NCBI GenBank assembly: GCA_002269645.1
Contig: NIVC01000843.1
Coordinates: forward strand, 186,001-250,000
Direction: 5' to 3'
From: Macrostomum lignano
Taxonomy: Eukaryota
Length of the DNA: 64,000 nt
The position numbers and the translations under genes are program-made. The notes under the pieces are model-generated. The model was not told where the DNA came from. It made no database searches and was given only the letters and a program-made list of their open reading frames with translations. This document shows, piece by piece, positions 35,701-46,368 of this stretch (its first letter is position 1; each line of letters starts with the position of its first letter).

Positions 35701-36685
35701 CAGACTCATCGATAATCTTTCCAGATCCTCAGATTCACCGATAATCCTTCCAGATCCTCAGATTCTCCGATAATCCTTCCAGATCCTCAGATTCAGCGAT
35801 AATCCTCCCAGATCCTCAGATTCAGCGATAATCCTTCCAGATCCTCAGACTCATCGATAATCCTTCCAGATCCTCAGATTTACCGATAATCCTTCCGGAT
35901 CCTCAGATTCACCGATAATCCTTCCAGATCCTCAGATTCAGCGATAATCCTTCCAGATCCTCAGACTCATCGATAATCCTTCCAGATCCTCAGATTTACC
36001 GATAATCCTTCCGGATCCTCAGATTCACCGATAATCCTTCCAGATCCTCAGATTCACAGATAATCCTTCCAAATCCTCAGATTCACTGAGACCCAGATCG
36101 TCAATAATAAAATTTCAGCGCCCAGAGGCGTCGCTAGCTGCCGCAGGTGATCAAGAATCTACTACTAATACTACTACTGCTCAAGTAGTGGATCCGCCAC
36201 TGACAGCCCAATACCGAGCCTATTTCACCTGGTGGATTAGCACAGTCCAGTGCTTAATCATGCTAGTACTGCTATTCAGCACTGAGCTAGCACATCCGGG
36301 ACTTAGCGTGCAAGCCACTCGCAGTGCCAGCCTACCAAACCGGTACACCCTCATGTCTACTGTGTGCGCCATCGACTATCAGAATCTGTTTATTGGTCCC
36401 CGACTGCCGGATCTGATTCGCTGCGGAGCCAAGTACGCCCCCTGTATGCGCTGGATGCCGGAGCTGTACAATCGGGTGCTCGGCCCCCAGTTAGTAGCCG
36501 AGAATAGCAGCGGCTGCTGCGTACTAAACGACGGTTCGGCATGTTTTCAAAGTACTAAACGGTTGTGTCCGGCCGGCTCGGCCACCTGGCTTAGATGGAC
36601 TGCTGATTCGCCCGGCCCGGGTAATAGAACTAGCGGGCCAGTGTGCGGCCAGGTGAGTGGGGTGTTTGGATACAGACAGACAGAT

Positions 36686-36745
<60 letters not shown>

Positions 36746-36746
36746 C

Positions 36747-36812
<66 letters not shown>

Positions 36813-36818
36813 GAGACC

Positions 36819-36860
<42 letters not shown>

Positions 36861-36871
36861 TAAACAGTTAA

Positions 36872-36940
<69 letters not shown>

Positions 36941-36963
36941 GAAACCGACAGACAGACAGATAA

Positions 36964-37036
<73 letters not shown>

Positions 37037-37045
37037 TAAACAGTC

Positions 37046-37080
<35 letters not shown>

Positions 37081-37333
37081 TAGACAGACAGACAGACAGA
37101 CAGATAAACAGTCAGACAGACAGATAGACAGACAGACAGACAGACACAGATAGACAGACAGATAAACGGACAGACAGACAGATAAACAGTCAGACAGACA
37201 GATAGACAGACAGACAGACAGACACAGATAGACAGACAGATAAACGGACAGACAGACAGATAAACAGAAAGACAGACAGACAGACAGACAGACAGACCGA
37301 CAGACAGACAGACAGATAAACAGTCAGACAGAC

Positions 37334-37432
<99 letters not shown>

Positions 37433-40393
37433 TAGATAGACAGACAGACAGACACACAGACAGACACCATGACAGACAAAAAACTGAGACAAACAATAAC
37501 ACAGACGGACAGACAGACACAAGGATAGACAGACACCATGACAGACACAGACGGACAGACGAACGGCTCGTTTCAATCCTTTGCAGCATATCATTATCAG
37601 TGAGGAAGTGAGAATTTGCCTGTCAGACCGAATTCCAGACCAACTTACCTGTCTACCTGTCTGTCCTCCTTAGGACTACCTATACTTATCTACACTGTCT
37701 ACCTATCTTAGTGAGACGTTTCATGTCGAATCAATAGTCTTTATAAAAGGCCATATTAATAGACTAAACATCGTTGAGCTTTAAAAAGTATTCTGCACTT
37801 TTATAGGTTCTTAATATTGGCCACTTAATACGTGTTCGACCTGTCTTTCCAATCCAGGATCCTAGAACCTGTCTGGACCCGCCGTCCTTAGAGCCCAGCC
37901 AGTGGCCAGACGACATCACTCGTTGGCCGCCTTGTCGCCGCTCTTTGCCGGCTTCGTCGCTAACATCTACTAGTAAAATTAGTACTAGTAGTAGTATCAA
38001 CGCCGAAGTGAAGCATCTCACTTGTCCTGTTAGCGCCGCTCCCTGCTGCGTTGGAATTAAAGGTGATTATTAGGTATATCTGTGTAATTTTGTCCTGGGA
38101 CAAGGGGTCGCCATCATAAACCCGAAAAATCACAACTCCGAAAGCAGTTTCCATCATAAACCCAAAATATCATAACTCCGAAAACCAAAATAGTGTTGGA
38201 CATGCTAAAACTTTCGCAGTTCTGATATTTCGGGTTTGTGATTGTGATATTTCGGGTTTATGATGGAAAGCGCTTTTCGGAGTTGTGATTTTTCGGGTTT
38301 GTGATGCCCCCTCCCCCTGAAAGACACTGTGACAGACGCAAGAACAGACACTAGAACAGACTAAGACAGACGCAAGGACAGACACCAGGACAGACACCAA
38401 GAAACACACTGGGACAGACACCAGAATAGACACTAGGGCAGACTAAGACACACTGAGACAGACACCAAGAAAGACACTGGGACAGACACCAGGACAGGCA
38501 CTGGGACAGACACCAGGACAGGCACTGGGTCAGACTAAGACAGACACCAGGACAGACACTGGGTCAGACTAAGACAGACACCAGGACAGAAACTGGGTCA
38601 GACTAAGACAGACACCAGGACGGACACTGAGAAAGATACTAGGACAGACACCAGGACATACTAAGACAGACACTGGGACAGATACTAGGACAGACTAAGA
38701 CAGACACCAGGACGGACACTGAGAAAGATACTAGGACAGACACCAGGACATACTAAGACAGACACTGGGACAGATACTAGGACAGACTAAGACAGACACT
38801 AGGACAGATACTGAGACAAATACTAGGACAGACTAAGACAGACATCAGGACAGACGCTAAAAATGAGACACAAAGCTGGACCCCAGAACAGACAAACTAA
38901 TTAGACACTAATTGCACCTTTAGGCGAATGCGTCCTAACCACTACTGAGCGTTGCAAATTCTTACGCGGCCGATTTCATCCCGAAGTGCGACTGTGCTCG
39001 CAGGTCAATTGTCTCGACGAGTCCTGCGGCTTATTTGGTGGTATATCAACAGATTCAAAGCCGAATCAATGGTATCGAATATTCACTAGTCTGTTTATTC
39101 ATTCGGGTTTGCTATCGTTGTTGCTTAGTCTGTTCGTTCAACTGCGTCTGCTTGTACAGGTGAGTTGGCCTAATTGGATTGTTCTATTAATAAACACCTC
39201 TTATTAGTAGGCCCTTGGCTTGTGTTCCTTGAGTCCTTCCAGATGTCTCCCTTTGTAGTCATAGGCGATTATTATCACTAGCCTTCCAGTCCAGATTCCT
39301 CCTTTAGTAGTCCTTGCCGTGATCCTTAATCATTTAGGCCTTGTGACTTTTTAACGACTCAAACGCATCAAATTCGACGGAGAGTCGACTGTTGTGTCAC
39401 GAGTGCGTCGCGTGAGCTGTTGAATCGTAAAGAGTCGCGAAAGAGCCATCCAAGAATCGTTGTGTTAGCGCTTAACTTAGCGCAAATGCGCTTCAAGCAC
39501 AACTCAGTGACTCTACAGCGAATCTGGCACGCCTCAAATACGACTCTACGACCCCAGAATCACTTGCGTCACCCAAAAGTCGTTTAAGAGTTGCAGGCGG
39601 TAAAACGCGTCAAAGTGATCTTGAGCGACTGTTTGACGAATTTTTGCGGCTTTTACGTACCGCGTGACATCTCGTCCTTTTAAAGTCGTTTAGAGTCACT
39701 TCTTTCCCATTTTACCTGTGTCATCTGGGACGCTTAATCTTATTCCAAATTTGCACCTGTCACCACGCCGCAGGTAGAGCATCTGGCTGGCTGGCACAGA
39801 ACCGCCGCAATTTACCTCGGCTCCGGCCTGTACGGCAATTTAGTATCGCTGAATCTGCTACCAAATCTAGTAGACGCCGGGCCGGCCCCTGCTCAACTCG
39901 GAGCGCTCTGTCCTCTGGGCTTAGAACTGCTCATGTCTGCTAAACAGTTGAGCTCGCCTCGATTCGGCCCGTTTATAGCTTTGACCTTTTGCGTTATCGC
40001 CGTGTTGTTAGCTAGCCTGTTGCCGTGGTTCGATCTGGCCGCTAATGCTGGCGGATTAATTAGTGGCTGTCTGCTGACACCTGTACTGTTGCCGCATGTT
40101 AAATTAGGCAAACGGCTTTGTAGTAGAGCGGCTGTACTATGCTTGTGCGCATTAGTGTGGCTAGTTACCATTGTTGGCCTGGCGTTAGTGTTTTTGTTTA
40201 CGACGGTTCAGAGTTGCCGTTGCGCTGCAATTGGTGCGCTTTGGCTAGCTGCGCTCCAAGACTGCTGGCTGGCGGCAATGGAGGCGGAGATGCCGCTGTG
40301 GACCGGTTTGCTGATCTGTGCGGCGATGCGGACCTGCGTAGCATGCAGCCAACCCAGTGTATTGGACGACTGGCTGCGGGCTTTGAGCAGTGA
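32792..40393 (+). CDS. RHBDF: Inactive rhomboid protein (iRhom)
   Basis: Exons 32792-32860 (tentative), 32946-33178, 34508-35003, 36119-36652, 37858-38062, 38924-39159, 39774-40393, with compatible phases. Motifs [22 protein letters not shown]|[35 protein letters not shown] (GPx in place of the catalytic GxSG). The natural C-terminus LRCNWC needs a 1-nt frameshift at ~40197. Confidence 0.93.
33250..34430. repeat. G-free C/T/A low-complexity satellite (CCCTCTCAT / CCATCCCTA) in an iRhom intron
   Basis: Direct inspection; accounts for ORFs 33111-34439 and 33217-34446. Confidence 0.95.
35100..36090. repeat. ~29-bp minisatellite in an iRhom intron
   Basis: Unit GATAATCCTTCCAGATCCTCAGATTCACC, more degenerate toward its 5' end. 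Confidence 0.93.
36670..37560. repeat. (GACA)n microsatellite
   Basis: Direct inspection; intronic. Confidence 0.97.
38104..38316. mobile_element. Small foldback MITE
   Basis: IRs ATCATAAACCCGAAAAATCACAACTCCGAAA / TTTCGGAGTTGTGATTTTTCGGGTTTGTGAT; no clear TSD. Confidence 0.6.
38330..38870. repeat. GACAGACAC(C/T)(A/G)G-type ~12-bp minisatellite
   Basis: Direct inspection. Confidence 0.9.
39340..39700 (+). repeat. Dispersed repeat (copy 1), unclassified
   Basis: TGTGACTTTTTAACGACTCAAACG...GAATCGTAAAGAGTCGCGAAA...CACGCCTCAAATA recurs at ~61820-62460. Confidence 0.75.
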
Positions 40394-40458
40394 TTTTACA
40401 AAGGCTTTACAAGCGCTGGCGCACCCTCAAACAGGAGTGTACAGCGGCCTTAACTTTA

Positions 40459-40645
40459 TTTATCGTTAAGCATGTACACTTTACTGTGCCTTTGGGTTTG
40501 TTGGTTCTCAAGGGCGTTAATTGCACGAGCAGAGCCAAGCTGAGATTCCAATTTAGCCCCAGATTAATTAATGACTGCACTTGGAATCGAGCCTGGGCCG
40601 CTGGCACATCAGAGCGTCGCGATAGACCATTACGCTACGTTGCTG
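40459..40645 (-). mobile_element. tRNA-derived SINE family A (3'-truncated)
   Basis: Reverse complement matches 61926-62110; pol III A/B box-like head. Confidence 0.85.
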
Positions 40646-40874
40646 ATGAATAAATGTTGATTTAATAGATTGGCTCATTAATTGATTGGTTTTACCTATT
40701 AATTATTTTTCAATAACTGATTGAGTGATTACTAATTGAGTAGTTTTTATTATTATTATGTTTGCTGTTATTAACCATCATCATATTGATTTATTGACTG
40801 CAAAAAGTGACTCTTCATTTTGGCACAACAGTAAACTTAGAATGAGTTGTAAAATATAAAATGGTAAATGGTAA

Positions 40875-41168
40875 TAAATAAATTGATTACACCTGCCCTG
40901 ATAGACAGATGTGCAGTCGACAGCGCAGCCGCAGCTATTGCGCAGCGCATCTGAAGGCTGCGTACGGCTGTTCAGTCCAAGTACTGGGGGGTCGCCACAC
41001 ACACCCTCAATTACCCCAGCTAATGCTGGCACCCATTTTACAGGTGGGTGAACTGAAGCAATGCAAGTGTCTTTGCTCAAGGACACAGCTTGTTTCAGTG
41101 GGATCGGGAATCGAAACCCCGACTTTTCATTTGCAAGTTCAACGGTCAAACAACTAGGCTACAACCCC
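40875..41168 (-). mobile_element. tRNA-derived SINE family B with V/Meta-like central domain
   Basis: Head with TAGCCTAGTTG and GTTTCGATTCC boxes; GTGTCCTTGAGCAA(A)GACACT core; matches 62481-62722. Confidence 0.85.
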
Positions 41169-42112
41169 TATAAAAACAAATGAGAAATCAATATTTAAGC
41201 ACAAAGCGCTGTCGCTCCAGTGGTCTCTTAATGGATTTTTATCATAGTTTCAGAATTTTTATATAGTTATTTTCAATAATTGATCTATTCACAACTTATT
41301 TGTCGAAGAATTTGCTCACTTGTCTACTGTCAGTAAGAAATCAGTGTGCTATATTTAAAATGATTAATAGTCTCAATAATATCTGCGTGTTGTAATCTTT
41401 TTACACTATTGGTGTCATTTTTTATTAAAAATTTACACAGCTATTTTATGTTGCATTTTAAAACGGTAGCAATAAATTTTTACACTATCACGAGAGTATG
41501 ATATTATATTGGTGCTATGTGAGCTCAGTATATTGATATTTTATTTTTATACTATTTCAACATTATTTTATTCTCGGTGCCCATGTTTTTTGTAAACGTA
41601 AAACGTAGCATCTGAAGCGTGTTGTTATTGATTTTCAAGCAGTACACCGTGTACTTGATTTTCTTGCACTTATACATAAAATTTTTGTTAATTAAAAGAA
41701 TTACTACGTAGCAATAAATTTATTCAAGTTTGTAGTTTTTTCTCAGGCTTAATTATTTTCGTTTAACAATCGTTTTAGGCTTACGTGAAGTTTTTACGTA
41801 AAAAGTAAGGTGTCTACTCACTCTTCCAGTAGTTTTTCTGCGCAGTGTTCACATAAATTAAATGTGGCAATTAAACCCTTGCTTTCCTTCCTCGGGACTC
41901 AGGGCATATGGGGTTGAAGGAGGAAGCATAAGAAGTATTTAACTCTATGTACACAACTGGACGCGAGGCGAGGCGAGGCCTAGGGGGGGGGGGTAGGCCA
42001 AATCTAGCTCAGCCAATGAGAGAGCAGTAAGGAGAGAGGTCAAAGTCAGACGGACTATAAAACTCAACCTAGGGGGAAGGCCCAAATCCAGCTCAGCCAA
42101 TGAGAGAGCATT

Positions 42113-42966
42113 TGGTTTTGTCTCGCATAGAGACGCCTAACCGCAGTCACTTCTGTGAAACTTGTCTCTGCCTGGCTGAAAGCTTGTAATGAGTGAGTAG
42201 GCTGGGTTGGAGGGTAATAGTGGATCGGGAGGGGCTGTGGGTAGCTGTATAGGAAGGCAGGCCTATACCTGTACCAAGGTGCTCTGACGGTATCCCTCAG
42301 GCGCCCTCTGAGCGTACAGCCAGCGACCCCATTAAAGCTGGAGTGTGCCAGAACCAGGACTGAGTCTGAGCAGGACGAGACCGTTGGCACGGTCACAATA
42401 GAAATGGCGGGTTGGCGAAGCAAAGGGTGAAACAGTCCCGGCGATTAGCCCTCCTGCCGCTTCAAAGATAAGAGACTGTCTGTTGGCAAGAGTACCCGGG
42501 GTTTAGTTGGGGGGGAGGCTCCTTCGGGTTGCCACGGCCGTGGGGAGCGGTCAAATGACCGGCATTGGCTTAACTAACCCAGGAGTAGGCACGGGCTTCC
42601 CTGAATGGTTCACTCAACCCCCTCTGGCCCCGGGGAGGTTTTTGATTTGTACCCGGGGGTGGTGGGCGGTCGGCCCCAGCATGGTTGCCACGGCTCTAGG
42701 CCTTCGGGCCATCTCTAATAGGCTTTGGGGGCCTTCTAACCTGGTTTTTTGGGCACGGGCTTCCTGACTGGTTCGTCGAACCGCTGTCACTGTCCCCGGG
42801 GAGGTTTGGTTTTTCTGATACTGCCCTGTACAGTCCTCTATAGTCTAATTTGGCTTTTAGTGTACATGAGTACACTCCCAATCTGGAATCTAAATTATCT
42901 CTAGTGGCGTAAGAGCCTTTTTACTTAGGCTGAGGCGCCGGAAGTACTTATCATAGTCATAGTCAT
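42113..42966 (+). mobile_element. Unclassified GC-rich insertion with a long target duplication and (TCATAG)n tail
   Basis: 35-bp flanking direct repeat (42078-42112, 42967-43001); internal direct repeats; UUCG hairpins. Confidence 0.6.
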
Positions 42967-43355
42967 AGGCCCAAATCCAGCTCAGCCAATGAGAGAGCAT
43001 TAAGGATAGAGGTCAACGTCAGACACAAGAGGAGGCAAGAGGAAAGCCAAACTGTTTGTCAGCCTGGCTCACAGATACTAGAATAACTAGATAGGCAACT
43101 CGGCACATTTGCGTGCTAGCTACTTTCAGTTCAGTAGTAAGTTAAACAGAAGCATTTTAATGTATTTTTAAAGACAAAGCTTATTTATTGGCTCTTACCC
43201 CCCCCCAAGCTATTAAACCCTCAAACTCCTCATAAAACCTCTTACCCCCGGCCCGCGACCTAATTTTATTACCTTCTTCGGTTGTTCCAGCCTAAATCTG
43301 CCCTGTACATTTCAGTGGCTAATGTACATTTTGGCTGAACTAATTAGCAAGTTGT

Positions 43356-43571
43356 TTACTTCTGCAAGCTTGGGCTTCTAAACTTATCAGTCATCTCAGC
43401 TGCCCTATTCTTATAAAATAGATTTATGTATTCTTCTTTGCTACTGAACTGAAAGTAAAAAGCTGTTTTGCCAAGCATATATGCCAGAGTGGACCATCTA
43501 GTTATTCTAGTATCTGTGGCCTGGCTTGGGGGCTGGGGCGCCACCCGTTTTCTCTTTTGCTCGCTATACAC
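43356..43571 (-). pseudogene. Possible hAT transposase fragment
   Basis: DTRITRWSTLAYML resembles the hAT TRWNSTxxML motif; no other support. Confidence 0.3.
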
Positions 43572-44056
43572 ACGCTGGATTTAGGTTTTTCAAGTTTTCC
43601 TGCAATCTTCAGTCTTGAATTTTTTTTCTTACATTAACTTCCAGTTTGAAACAGATCTGAGTCAGTAAAAGAGGATGAACATGCTAATTTAATTTATCTG
43701 CTTGTAGAAAGCCTGTTTCATTTTGAGAAATTTTAAATATCTTTAAAAATTTTACAAAATATGTCGCTGCTATGATGGCATAAACGCTAATTATGCTACT
43801 GAAAAAGAGTAGATGAGCGGATTTTTTGCAAGTGGCATTTATAGTTATTATGGCAGCTGTTGGTTAGTCGATCTGATGTCATCTGTCATGCACATATCGC
43901 TGACCCTCAGAACTCACACTATGCATACATGTGTATGCAGATACATTTCAGACAATAGGCACTGAGCTTCTGTATGAATTCAACCCAGCTTCTCTGGCTT
44001 TTAATTACACCAAGGTTTTATCAATTTCATGCTAATTAATCAAATAAATAATCATC

Positions 44057-44731
44057 ATGGCAACCAGCTCGGATCCAGACGAAAAACGCGTCCTTGACTA
44101 CATGCGCGACGCTAACAGACCCTATAGCGTTAATGACGTATTTAGTAATTTGCACAAAGCCGTAGGTAAAACTGCCATCCAACGCGCCTTGGACAGCCTT
44201 GTCTCTGCCGGCCTAATTAACGAGAAAACCTACGGCAAGCAGAAAGTTTACGTTGTTAAACAGCCTACTGCCAGTAGTAGTAATAGCGACGGTAGTGCGC
44301 CTACCAATGCTCTGCCGGACGAAGCTGAAAAACGCGATTTAGAGACTCGAGCTCAAACAGCCGAACGGGAACTAGTCGTTGAGCAGGCTGAGGTGAAAAA
44401 ATTACAACGCGAACTCGCGACTTTGCGTCAGCGACCAACTTGCGAACAATTGCGAGCTCGACTTGCCGAGCTACAAGCCGAATTGGCGCCTAAAACTGAA
44501 CGCCTGGCGGCCATAGACAGCGGCGAGGGTCGCAAGGTCACGCCGGAGTTGATGTCCGACGCGAGGAAGATACGCGCTAATCTTGTCTCGGAATGGCGCA
44601 AACGGAAACGGGCTTGCGTTGACCTGATCGACTGCGTATTGGAAGGCTATCCAGCTAGTAAGAAGGCCTTCTTTGAAGAGGTCGGATTGGAGACTGATGA
44701 AGAGCATAATGCGGTTGTTCCGAAAGTGTGA
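44057..44731 (+). CDS. PSMC3IP: Homologous-pairing protein 2 (HOP2/TBPIP), 224 aa, intronless
   Basis: Winged-helix N-terminus VLDYMRDANRPYSVNDVFSNL...KTYGKQKVY, coiled coil, and C-terminal EWRKRKRAC..L.D.VLEGYP.SKK.FFEEVGLETDE. Confidence 0.96.
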   Translation: MATSSDPDEKRVLDYMRDANRPYSVNDVFSNLHKAVGKTAIQRALDSLVSAGLINEKTYGKQKVYVVKQPTASSSNSDGSAPTNALPDEAEKRDLETRAQTAERELVVEQAEVKKLQRELATLRQRPTCEQLRARLAELQAELAPKTERLAAIDSGEGRKVTPELMSDARKIRANLVSEWRKRKRACVDLIDCVLEGYPASKKAFFEEVGLETDEEHNAVVPKV

Positions 44732-44919
44732 GCCGCTGTTAATATGGCTGGAAGACTTGCTTTTGACTATTAACTCTTAAACATGCTAACTAAGCTAGTT
44801 ATTTACAATAATTTTTTGCTTGATGGGAAAAGTTTGTCTACTCTCTCTTACGACCGATAGATTGCGCCATGAATATTGGAAGCAAGTGTCTCGATGTTAA
44901 GCGCTGTGTCTTCTATTTG

Positions 44920-45230
44920 AAGGCTTGTGTCTATTTGAAGGCTTGTGTCTATTTGAAGGCTTGTGTCTATTTGAAGGCTTGTCTCTTTGAAGGCTTGTGT
45001 CTATTTGAAGGCTTGTCTATTTGAAGGCTTGTGTCTATTTGAAGGCTTGTCTATTTGAAGGCTTGTGTCTATTTGAAGGCTTGTGTCTTGTTTGAAGGGT
45101 TGTGTCTATTTGAAGGGTTGTGTCTTATTTTTGAAGGGTTTTGGCAACTCTTGAAGGGTTGTGGCAATTCCATTTAATGGGTTGTGTATATTCAAACTCA
45201 AAGGGTTGTGTCTTCTTTTTAAAGGGTTGT
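44920..45230. repeat. 18-bp tandem repeat CTATTTGAAGGCTTGTGT
   Basis: Direct inspection; degrades toward GAAGGGTTGTG at its 3' end. Confidence 0.9.
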
Positions 45231-45849
45231 CCTTATATATATTAGGTATTTACACATATACTGCGTCGGTTTTTGATGCAATCTAATAAAGTTAGATTGA
45301 TTGTGTTACCCTATAAATGGCTGCTGCTGCTGCACCTAAGCAGTCGATTCTAAAGGTTTTCACATTTATTCGCTGGTGGTGCAAAATTTTGAATCAGTCC
45401 ATATTTCTTCTTTGAGTTTGTGCTTTCCTTCCTATTTTCTTGTTTTTAGTTATCGTTTATAAAATAGTTTTGCTTGTGTTTGTTATTTTCATAAATATTT
45501 ATTATTTTCGTTTAATGTCTAAGCATTTTGGCATTAAATAGTAAAAAATGTGTTGGTGCTACTTAAGCAGCTACTTATAAGCATTTTTTCGTTTTCTTTA
45601 TTTCTTTTCAATAAAATAGCTTAAAAAAGTCAACTCAAAACTATTGCTTCCGTCTCTGTTCTGCGATTAATCACAATTTTGCATTGTTTAATAAATTCGC
45701 ACAGCCTTGTTCGTTTGTTACTACTTTATAATGAGCAAATCACTTTGTTGAAAGACTAGAAATTTCTTATGTTTGCGGCCTTGTGCACTTTTGCTTAAGC
45801 TGTAGTTTTTGGATCATAGAAGGCAATCCTCGGCCCTTGGGCTAGTGCC

Positions 45850-46200
45850 ATTTGACTGCTTGCTCAATTTGACTGCAAGTGACATTTGACTGTCAGTGAC
45901 ATTTGACTGCTAGTGACTTTTGACTGTCAGTGACATTTGAATGACAGTGACATTTGACCGTCAATGACATTTGACCGTCAGTGACATTTGACTGTCAGTG
46001 ACATTTGACTGTCAGTGACATTTGACTGTCAGTGACATTTGACCGTCAGTGAAATTTGAATGACAGTGACATTTGACCGTCAATGACATTTGACCGTCAG
46101 TGATATTTGACCGTCAGTGACATTTGACTGACGGTGACATTTGACTGTCAGTGAAATTTGTCCGTCAGTGACTTTGGTCAGTAGCATTCGAGTGACAGTG
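45850..46200. repeat. 17-bp quasi-palindromic tandem repeat GTGACATTTGACTGTCA
   Basis: About 19 copies, ~170 bp upstream of the RPAP1 ATG. Confidence 0.93.
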
Positions 46201-46368
46201 ACTCTCGTACATGCATGCAAGGAAGGGATATGCTCAAGAATATGCTGGATTTTCGAACGAATACCATACGAAACAATGACAACATGTTGTCTCTACTATT
46301 TGTAATAGGTGCGCCGCAAATCCGTATTATATTTCAGCCTTTGCTTAAAAAATAACACCAATAAAATA

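Noticed and set aside
42113-42966. Canonical hammerhead ribozyme or retrozyme
   Set aside because: No CTGANGA core was found by eye on either strand; non-canonical ribozymes are not excluded.
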